The translations under genes were made by a program, and so were the position numbers. This document shows, one piece after another, positions 28,495 through 40,400 of a DNA stretch of 64,000 nucleotides (positions are counted from its first letter, which is position 1; each line of letters starts with the position of its first letter). The DNA is from Bacteroidia bacterium. Lineage in GTDB: Bacteria > Bacteroidota > Bacteroidia > 2-12-FULL-35-15. The notes beneath the pieces were generated by a model, which saw only the letters and a list, made by a program, of their open reading frames with translations, was not told the origin of the DNA and searched no databases. The DNA lies in the NCBI GenBank assembly GCA_036170475.1, contig JAVHPE010000177.1, positions 119,527-183,526 of the forward strand, read 5' to 3'.

Positions 28495-31400
28495 ATGCAT
28501 AGCTTTACAAAAAATATTTTTAATAAAGCTCATATTTTTCAATTGCGAAAAACTTTTCAAATTGCGATTGCTATTTTCTTTGTTGCTCTCTCTCTCAATT
28601 TGAAAGCACAGTGCCCTCCACCTACACTCGGTCCGGTAGCTATTGCAACAACTTCTTCCGATACAATCTGTTCCTTTATTATTACGCCAATAGTTTTAAC
28701 ATTTGAAAGCGGTTGGCCCGGAGCTAATTTTAACTGGACACAAATCCCTACCAATGTATCCGGGTCAGCTGATGGAAGCGGCACAACCATTGCTGATACG
28801 TTAGATTCTTATGATGAAATAAATGCTGGAACCGTAGTTTATACTATCACGCCGGATTCCGCTGGTTGTCCAGGCACTCCAATATTCGTTACAATAACAG
28901 TTAATCCAAAACCTGTTGTTATAGTGACACCATTGACACCAATATGTTCGGGTAGTAATACTTCCACTTTATTATCAAGTCTTGTTTGGGGAACTACTTT
29001 CACTTGGACAGTCAGCCAATCTAATGTATTAGGGGCAACTGATGGTTCCGGCGATTCAATTTTTCAAGTTTTAATTTCTACTGGAACTTTTTCTTCCGTT
29101 ATGTACAGCATTGTACCTACAGCAAATGGATGTATTGGAGAGACGGTAAATGATAAAGTTAAAGTTAATGCTTTACCTTCGCTTACTCTGGTTTCTGATT
29201 CTCTTTTGGTATGCCAGGGGACCAATGTTGTTAGCCTTTTCTATAGTGCTACCGGAGGAAGCCCAAATCAATATAGCATCGATTTTGATATAATTGCTGA
29301 AGGACAGTTATTTTCGGATGTACCAATTTCACTACTGCCTTTTAGCCCAATCCTTATTAACGTTCCGCCCGGTGCCCTACCCGGTGTATACAATGCGGTT
29401 TTGTCTGTAAATAAGGGCGCATGTCCGGGGGCATCCTACCCAATAACAATTACGATAATGGGTCCGCCAACACCTGCTAATGCCGGTCCGGACCAAACAA
29501 TTTGTGGTGCGGACTCCACAACTCTTGCTGCAGATTCTGTAATATCAGGAACTGGAATTTGGACTGTTTTAAGCGGAGTTGGAGGAAGTTTTGCCGATTC
29601 AAGTGTTTATAATACAGTTTTTAGCGGAACATCGGGCACTACCTATGTTTTATTATGGTCAGTTTTAAATAATCCCTGCCCTCCTTCCACAAGTACTGTA
29701 ACAATTACATTTAATCAATTACCGACACCTGCTAATGCCGGTCCGGATCAAACAATTTGTGGATCAAATTCCGCATTCCTTTGGGCAGATACTGTACTGA
29801 TAGGAACTGGGAACTGGAGTATTTTAAGCGGAATAGGAGGTAGCATAGCTGATTCAACTAGTAATAATACCACATTTACAGGAACAACAGGGAATACCTA
29901 TACTTTGTTGTGGACTGTTACAAATGATTCTTGTGCATCTGCCGACAGTATTACAATAACTTTTAATCAATCTCCAACTCCCGCTAATGCCGGTCCTGAT
30001 CAGATAATTTGCGGAGCAGATTCTGCGACCCTTGCCGCTAATCAACCTGTATTGGGTATAGGAAACTGGAGTATATCCAGCGGAGGTGCGGGCAGTTTTG
30101 CGAATTCAGCCGATTCGGCAACAGTATTTACAGGGACAATAGGAAATACCTATGTTTTATTATGGACTATCACAAATGATTCTTGTGCTTCTTCCGACAG
30201 CGTTACAATTACTTTTACTCAATTTCCCACTCCCGCAAATGCTGGTCCTGATCAAACAATTTGTGGTGCGGATTCTACAACACTTGCCGCTAATGAACCA
30301 ATAGTAGGAATAGGAAACTGGAGCATATCCAGCGGATTGGGTGGCAGTTTGGCAAACCCGGCTGATTCAGCAAGCGAATTCTATGGAACAGATGGAAATA
30401 CGTATGTTCTGGTATGGACCATTTCTAATGATTCTTGTGTCTCTCCCGACAGTGTAACAATTACTTTTAGCTCAAAGCCACTTTTGCTAACCTGGGCCCA
30501 AAGTATATGCCGTCCGGATTCTACTATAGATATAACTGATTCCATAGTAACATTTGGTTCCACTCCCGGACTGACTTATACTTATTTTATAGATGCCGGA
30601 GCTGATACTGTATACACTACTCCATGGGCTGCAACAGCGGATACCTACTATATTGTTGGAACATTGGGTGCGGGATGTACAGATACCGCCACGGTAACCG
30701 TTACGCTTAACGATAGCGCTATTGTAAAAACCAATCCCCAACTGGTATGTTCGCCGGCAACAGTTGACCTTACGGATTCACTCGTTACACTGGGTTCATC
30801 AGCAGGTTTAACCTTTACCTATTTTATGGATTCTTCTGCAACAGATTCTATTTTAAATCCAACACAGGTAGGATCGGGAACCTATTATATTGTGGGCGAA
30901 ACCGTATATGGATGCCGTGATACAGCTGCTGTTGTTGTAACTGTTAGACTTGCATCGGTAGTCACTGTTCCCCAATTTGCATGTTTCCCGGGAACAATCA
31001 ACCTTACTGACACTGCTGTCACTTCCGGTTCTACCCCGGGATTATGGTTTCTTTATTATACCGATTCAACGATTACAACATTTTTGATTCCTCCAATTAC
31101 TGACACTACAGGTACCTATTGGATTGTTGGCTCAGATGGCACTTGTAAAGACACCGCAGCAGTAACGGTAACCATTAACCCGAAACCAACCGTATTTACC
31201 ACTCCACCGCCTGCAGTGTGTGCACCTGCAACTATTGACCTTACCTTACCGGCTGTTACAGCGGGTTCAACAGATAGTTTAACATTTACCTATTATACAA
31301 GTCTAACACCGCCAATTCATACAGCAGATTCAACAGCTATAACAACAAGTAACTGGTATTTTATTGTAGGAACAACATCAATGGGCTGCTCAGATACCAC

Positions 31401-34400
31401 ACCTGTATATGTTACGATTACTCCAAAACCGGTTATTAATACTGTGAACCAGGTAAGGTGCTCTCCGACAAAAGTTGATCTTTCAGCTCCGGCAGTTACA
31501 TGGGGTTCAACTCCTTGGGGAGGCTTAACATATACTTATTTTGCTGACTCTTTATTAACAGTGCCAATATTATTTCCGGCTTATTTAGCTGTAGATTCTG
31601 GTACGTATTACATTGTGGGGACAACATTTGGAGGCTGCAAAGATACAGCATCAGTAAAGGTTACCATTAAGATTTCCCCAATAGTGCTTACCACTCCACC
31701 GCCATCAGCATGTTTCCCACCTACAACGATTGATCTTACTGACACCTCTATCACTTCAGGTTCAACAGCCGGGCTGTCTTATACTTATTATACAAGTTTT
31801 TTACCACCAACTCATACAAACGACTCAACATCTGTTTTTAGTGGTACTTATTTTATCGTTGGGACAGCCGGTTCGGGATGCTCCGATACCACAAGCGTTA
31901 CTGTTGCAGTCAACGCAACACCAAATGTCAATACCGTTCCACTTGCGCTATGTGACTCTTTAACGGTTGATCTTACAGACCCTGCGGTTACCGATGGATC
32001 CACATCGGGTTTAACATTTACTTACCTTAGCGATTCACTTGGTACAATGATTCCGATTCCGGATCCAACACAAGTGGGAGCAGGAACCTATTATATTGTT
32101 GGAACAACACCACAAGGATGTTCAGATACAACGGCGATAACTGTTGATACAATGCCAACTGTCACTACTTCACCAATAGATCAGTGTTTCCCTGACACTA
32201 CTACTAATCTTTATTGGAGTATTGCTTTTGGTAGCACAACACCGGGCTTAACATTTACTTACTTTAGCGATTCACTTGGTACAATGGTTCCTGTTCTGGG
32301 TGCGGATACTGCCACAGCATTAGTGGGGAATTATTATATTGTAGGTACAACCCCTGGCGGCTGCGCCGACACTACACCGGTAAGTTTTGCGGTACATGAA
32401 TTGCCTGTTGTTTATTTAACGGATTTAGAAGTTTGTGCCCCCTCAACAGTTAACCTTTCTGATGCAATAGTGGCTGATTCAACTACTTCTGGTTTATGGT
32501 TTTCATACTACAATAGTGGTTTTGCTTGGATAGGCTTTCCTGCATATACGATGGTTGGTAGCGCTGGCATTTATTATATACGAGGGACAACGGGTTGGGG
32601 CTGTTCTGATTTAGAACCTGTAAATGTCATTATTGATACACAACCCACTTTAAAAACGCACGACCAAAACGTGTGTCAACCTGTTTCGACTGTGGATCTT
32701 ACCGATTCTATCATAACATGGGGATCCGACCCTGGATTAACATATTCTTATTATTCTACTTTCTTCCCTCCTATTCCTGTTCTGGATCCAACACAAGTTG
32801 GAGCAGGTACCTATTGGATTGTAGGTACAGCCGTAGGAGGTTGTTCTGATACTGCTGCCGTCACTATTAATATTAATATAAAACCAAATGTAAACACAAA
32901 TCCACAATCAACTTGTTTCCCCGGTACAATTGATCTTACTTTAAACGCTGTTACCCTTGGTTCTTCTTGGTTTATTTCTGTTTTTACATATCTGGATTCA
33001 GCAAACACACCAATTCCACCACCAACAGCAATTTCGGTAAGCGGAACCTATAATATTATTGGAACAACGGGAGCGGGATGCTCTGATACTACATCAGTAT
33101 CGGTTACCATTAATCCAAAACCTGATTTAGTTGCAACCGCCCCAACGTTATGTTTCCCCTCTTTAACTGTCGATCTTACTGACACAGCAATCACTTCCGG
33201 TTCAAGTGCAAATTTAATACCTCCTGGCATTCCCTTTACCTACTGGTGGGATTCGGGAGCATCCGTTTCACTTAATTCCCCCGATCAAGCAGTGGCTGGT
33301 CCTACTTATTATATTGTTGGGGTAACAGCAGCAGGATGCCGTGATACAGCATCAATAACATTTTTAGTAAATCCTAAGCCAGTCGTTTTTACTGTATCTC
33401 AGCAACTATGTAGGCCGGATACAACATTTAATCTTACACTACCAAGCGCAACTGCCGGCTCAGACGCTGCATTAACGTTTACATATTTTACAAATGATAC
33501 TGTACCGATAGGTTTCCCAGCGGATACAATGGTGGGTCCCGGCAGCTATTGGATAGTGGGCACTGCTGCTACCGGTTGCTCAGATACTGTTGCTATTAAT
33601 ATTTCACTTAATGCTAAACCAATATTGTTTATTAACGATCCGGCACCAATATGTTCCCCGGGTTCAGCAGATCTGACACTTTCTGGAGTTACAATGGGCT
33701 CAACCGGAGGCTTAACTTTATCTTATTACACGGACTCTTTAGCAACATTTGTTTTCAACACTCCTGACTCTGCATTAGCAGGTACCTATTATATTGTTGG
33801 TACAACATTAACAGGATGTACGGATACAGCTGCTGTAACCGTTACAGTAAATTCAAATTCCAACCTGGATTCTGTAGCGGGATCACCTACACTTTGTATG
33901 TTAGACAGTACAACATTTATTGCCTATGGTGTAGTGCTGGGTGGCGGAACTGGCACCTGGAGCAGCAATGATACATTAGTTGCCACGGTGAGTGGAACAG
34001 GCATGGTAACTGGCGTTGGCGTTGGTAACTGCGATATCATTTATACCATATTAGGTGGATGTAGCGGAACAAAAAAAGACTCCGCCAACATAACAATAAG
34101 CACATCGCCAACTGTAGGTTTTACAGTATCTCCAAACGATAGTATCTGCTTAGGAGCTAGTGTTACTTTATCGGGTACGGGCGCTATTAGTTATGTCTGG
34201 ACAGGCGGAGTTCTTGATAATGTTGCCTTTACGCCGCTTGTCACAGGAAGCTATACAGTAACAGGTACTGCTTTTGGCTGTAGCGATACTGCAATAGCGA
34301 CAATAACAGTAAATCCAACAATACCAATAGTAGGATTTACGGCTTTTCCAAACGATAGTATTTGCTATGGCGACAGTGTTACTTTAGCGGGCACAGGTGC

Positions 34401-37400
34401 CATAAGCTATGTATGGACGGGTGGAATTACAAACGGTGTAGCCTTTTTGGCAACAAATGCGACCTATACAGTAACCGGCACAGACGCTTTTGGCTGTACA
34501 GATACCGCAGTAGTAACTATTACTGTAAACCCTTTGCCTACTGTTAATTTTATAGTAACTCCAAACGATACCATATGCTCAGGGGCGAGTGTTACCTTGT
34601 CAGGCACAGGAGCCATCAGTTATGTATGGACTGGTGGCATTACAGATGCTTTAGCCTTTACACCCTTAGTACCAGACAGCTATACTGTTACAGGTACAGA
34701 TGCATTTGGCTGTTCTGACACAGCAGTAGCGACTATTATGCTAAACGGTTTACCAACTATCGGTTTTACAGCTTCTCCTAACGATAGTGTCTGCTTTGGC
34801 GATAGTGTTACTTTATTCGGCACAGGAGCCATCAGCTATGTATGGACAGGAGGGATTACAAATGGTGTAACCTTTTTGGCAACTAATGCAACCTATACAG
34901 TAACAGGTACTGATGCTTTTGGTTGCAGCGATACAGCAGTAGCAACTATTACAGTAAACCCACTGCCTACTATTGGTTTTACAGCAATACCAAATGACAG
35001 TATCTGTTTAGGATCGAGTGTTACTTTATTGGGTACGGGTGCCACTAGTTATGCTTGGACAGGAGGAGTTATTAATGGTGCAGCCTTTTCGCCAGTCACA
35101 ACAGACACTTATTCCGTAACAGGCACTGATGCCCTTGGTTGCACCAACACAGCAACAGCAACCATTACTGTAAATCTTCCGGACAGCGCAACTTTCTTCT
35201 ATTCGTTATTAACGTATTGTAAATCAGATCCCATCAATCCTACACCAACTATTTGGGGTTTATCCGGTGGAATATTTAGTTCTACACCGGGATTGGTATT
35301 TATAAGCACGGATTCGGGCAAGATAAATTTAGCCGCCAGCACACTTGGGACATATAACATAACCTATACCACTAACGGGTCATGTCCGAATTCTTCAATT
35401 TTTAGCATAACAATCACAAGTGGATTCTCGGCAACATTTACGTATGATAGCGTAGCATACTGTCAGGGAGGAAATCCAAACCCTTCTCCGGTATTCCCTT
35501 TAGGATCTAGTGCAGGAATATTCACAGCTAGCCCTGCAGGTTTGGTGTTTGTTGATACAACCACCGGCGAAATTAATTTAACATTGAGTTCGCCCGGAAA
35601 CTATACGGTAAAAGATTCAATTCCGGCATCGGGTGGATGTATTTACGCTGTTGCAACTTCAACCGTAACAATAACAGCATTACCGGTCGCAACATTTACT
35701 TATGTTGATACCTCCTATTGCCAGAATGCGGGCAATCCACTTCCTACCTTCAGTGGTGGTGGTGTAGCCGGTGTATTCAGCTCAACACCCGGTTTAGTAT
35801 TTGTTAGTACCACTACCGGACAAATTGATTTGGCTGCAAGTTCAGCAGGAACATACACGGTAACCAATACGATTGCTCCATCTGGCGGATGTGCCGCCGT
35901 TGTTGCAACTTTTGATATCAAAATTACAGCATTGCCTGTTGCAACATTTAGTTATACAGGGACACCTTATTGTCAGAATGTGGCTAATCCATTTCCAACA
36001 TTTCCTCCGGGAGGAAGCTCAGGAATATTTTCAGCCGTTCCATCAGGATTAGTTTTTGTCAGTACAGCCACCGGACAGGTTGATTTAGCGGCAAGTAATC
36101 CGGGGGCTTACATTGTAACTGATTCAATTCCTGCTGCAGGAGGCTGTCCTGCCGTTACCTCAACAACACCAATTACTATTATTACCTTGGATAGCGCGGC
36201 TTTCAGTTATCCATTATCCACTTATTGTAAAACAGGCGCTAACCCTATTGCGACAATAACAGGGTTACCCGGCGGAACGTTTACAGCCCTCCCTGCTGGT
36301 TTAGTGTTTTTAAATCCTACCACAGGACTGATAGATTTAACAGCGAGTGCTGAGAATACATATACTATTAGCTATCTTACTAATGGTCTATGTCCGAATA
36401 CTGCTACTTTTAGCCTCACAATTACATCAACCCCTAACGCTACTTTCAATTATTCGAGTCCATCCTATTGCCAGGGAGGAGGTTCAAATCCTTCTCCAAT
36501 ATTCCTTCCGGGAGCAAGTGCGGGAATATTTTCAGCTATGCCGGCAGGATTAGTATTTGTAAGCACCTTAACAGGACAGATAGATCTTACGGCAAGTGCA
36601 GCGGGCAATTATTCTGTCACTAATTTTATTGCCGCATCAGGCGGATGCCTTGCAAATTCTTTTTCATTGCCAGTAACTATAAACGCTATTGACGATCCTT
36701 CTTTCAATTATCCTTTATCCACATATTGTCCCACCGGTTCTGATCCTACCGCAGCAATTACGGGATTGTCCGGAGGTACATTTACTGCTCTCCCTGCCGG
36801 CTTGGTGTTTATTAATAATACAATAGGGCTGATTGATTTATCTGCAAGCGCAACGGCAACATATATTATAACCTATACTACTAATGGTTCTTGCCCTGCT
36901 ACCGCTACTTTCAGTCTTACCATTACATCCACTCCAAATACCGCATTTAGTTATGCGGGTCCATATTGCCAGGGAGGGAATCCAAATCCTTCTCCAACTT
37001 TCCTTCCCGGAGCGAGCGCAGGAATATTCTCGGCTATTCCGGCAGGTTTGGTATTTGTAAATACTAATACAGGTCAGATAGATATTACAGCGAGCGCCAC
37101 AGGTACCTACATCGTCAAAAATCTTATTTCTGCTGGAGGTTGTCCGGCAGATTCATCCATAAATGCTGTTACAATTAATGGTGCGCCAACAATTGCTGTT
37201 GCAGGTCCTGACCAGATTGGCTTTGCTACCTGCGGGCAAACGACTGTTACCCTTGCAGCAAATGCAGCAATAGTTGGAACAGGAAACTGGAGTATTTTCA
37301 GCGGAGGTGCTGGAAGTTTTGCAGATCCAACTGATACAGCAACTATATTTACCGGAACAGCAGGAGCTACTTATGTTTTAATCTGGACCATTTCAAATAA

Positions 37401-40400
37401 TCCTTGTACTGCTTCAACTGATAGTGTAACTATTAAATTTAACCAAGCCCCGACTGTTGCGGATGCCGGACCCGACCAAACAGATTCTGCTACCTGCGGA
37501 TTAACTTCTGTTACTTTGTCCGCAAATATGCCAGGCATCGGAACAGGCAGCTGGAGTGTATTTAGCGGAGCGGGAGGTAGTTTTGTTGATCCAACTGATT
37601 CGGCAACTGTATTTAGCGGAACAGCAGGATCCTCTTATGTTTTATTATGGACAATTACCAATATCTGCGGAAGCTCTATTGATAGTGTAAAAATTAAGTT
37701 TAATCAGAATCCAACAATTGCTGTTGCTGGTCCGAACCAGACAGGTTCCTCTACCTGCGGATTAACTTCTGTAACCCTTGCGGCAAATGCGCCAATAGTC
37801 GGGACAGGAAGTTGGAGTATTTTTAGTGGAATAGGTGGAAATTTAGCACTTGTAACAAACCCTGTTACTGCATTTACCGGAGTTTCAGGGTCTACCTATG
37901 TTTTAGTTTGGACAATCACTAATGCTCCATGTGTTTCTACCGATAGTGTAACGATTACATTTAATCCAATGCCAACGGTAGTTACTAATGCTCCGGCAGC
38001 AGTTTGTTCTCCGGCAACAGTTGATCTTACATTACCGGCAGTTACAGCAACATCAACAGTAGGTTTAACATTCACCTATTTTACAGATTCCACTGCAACC
38101 ATTCATATTGCAGATTCATCTGCCGTTGCAACAAGCGGAACGTATTATATTGTTGGTACAACAGCAGCAGGGTGCACCGATACAACAGCTGTAACAGTTA
38201 CCGTACATCAAAGTCCGTCTGTTACATTAACCAAAACAGATCTTGCCTGTTTTAATGTTTGCACAGGTACTGCAATTGCAACTGTAATTGGTGGTGCTCC
38301 TGTTTATACATATGTTTGGTCATCCGGCACTAACGATACCTCTGTTTCTACTACTGATACTATAACTGGATTGTGTGCTATAGGCTACACAGTAACAGTT
38401 ACAGATGCAAATACTTGTTCTGATACCGACAGCATAAATATTACACAACCTCCACAAATTAGTGCAAATATCACAACCACCAATGTTTCTTGTAATGGTA
38501 TTTGTGATGGAGCTTCATTAGTTGTTCCAACGGGAGGTACAGTTCCATTTACTTTTGCCTGGAATACGGGGGCGATTGACTCGGCAATTGTTGGTCTCTG
38601 CACGGGAACGTATACTGTAATTGTTACAGATTCCATGTCATGTAGTGTTGCACTAACGGATACAATTTTCTCTGCGCCTCCGATATTATCTAATGCCGTA
38701 ATTTCTAATGCTACTTGTGGATTATGTGATGGACAAATTACGTTAGCTCCAACAGGGGGAATCATACCTTACACTTTCTTATGGGGGAATAATGACACTA
38801 CTGATGTAGTATCCAATTTATGTGCAGGATTATATTCTGTTAATATTACTGATAGTTCAGGTTGTCTTGCGCATTTTTCAATTCCAATTAGCAATCCCGG
38901 AGGTCCAATAAGTGCAGTCATAACAGGTACAAACTTAAATTGTTATGATCAATGTATTGGAACAGCAACTATTGATACCGTCATAGGAGGAACAGCACCA
39001 TATTCTTACCTTTGGATACCGGGAGGACAAACAGCTGCTATGATACCTAATTTATGCGCAGGTGTTTATTATGTTGAGATAGCCGATTCTAATGGATGTT
39101 CGTTAATGGATTCAGTAACCATTACTCAACCGGCACCTATTTTAGCTAACCAATTTGTTACAGCTGTTACTGCTTGTGATAGTTGTAATGGAAGTATTTT
39201 CATTGCACCAACCGGTTGTGGAGGTTCGTATTCTGTAGTTTGGATGCCGGGAGGACAAACAACTGATACAATAATTAATTTATGCGCAGGCATGTATACT
39301 GTTGCAATTTCCGGCTCCCTTGGTTGTACCCAAAATGTGGTAATCCCCGTGAACAGTCCGAATGGTCCGGCACTTACAACCTCAACCACTTCGCTTTTAT
39401 GTCATGATTCATGTAATGCTTCTGCAAGTGTTTTGGCTATTGGCGTATCTCCTTTTTCTTACTTATGGAGTGATCCTGCTCCACAGCAAACAAGCTCAAT
39501 AGCAACAGATCTTTGCGCCGGGAATTATCTTGTACAGGTAACAGATAATGTTAACTGTGTTTCTTTTGCTTCTGTTGTAATAACAAATCCTGCTCCAATC
39601 GGATTTGCTTTTGCAAATGTTATTGATCCTTTATGTTATGGCAGTAGCAATGGCTCTATTGCAGTGATACCGAATGGTGGAGTATTGCCCTATTCTTTCG
39701 TATGGTCACCAAATATAAGTACCAATAGTGATACGGCATTAAACCTTTCTGATGGACTATATACCGTAACCATAACAGATATGAATGGTTGTATTGCCAT
39801 AGACTCAAACACATTGGTTAATCCAGATTCATTAACAATTTCTCATAATGTAACACCAGCAAGTTGCAATACCACGCCTAATGGAGCGATAGGTATTAAT
39901 GTTGGCGGTGGCACTCCCGGGTATGATTATTCCTGGTCGCCAAATGTCAGCACAGTTGATACTGCATCCAACCTTTATACTGGACTTTATACTGTGACTG
40001 TTACAGACACGAATGGGTGTACCATTGCGGATGCTATTACCTTATTGTCAACGATAACAATAATTGCAGATGCAGGTAATGACACCATGTTCTGTGAACC
40101 GGGCTCAATGATATTAAATGCCGAAGGCAGCAGTAATAACGTTATTAATTATCAATGGTACCAGATTCTGTTACCTTCGGATTCATTAATTGGAAGTGTT
40201 GTGGACATAACTACAACTCCACCGGTAGGTTCAACAACTTATTATGTGGTGGTGGATACGATAGGATGCTCAAATAGTGATACTGTTGTCGTTACAGCAA
40301 ACCCATTACCTGTGGCAAATGCAGGCGCAGATGTAACAATATTGGAAAATACAGGTACTATAATTGGTGGTAATCCTACGGGACCTACGGGATCCACTTA

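Noticed and set aside
34110-35180. Near-identical repeats as a DGR template/variable pair or shufflon
   Set aside because: No reverse transcriptase or recombinase nearby. Differences are not adenine-specific, and the repeats are ordinary in-frame domain duplications.
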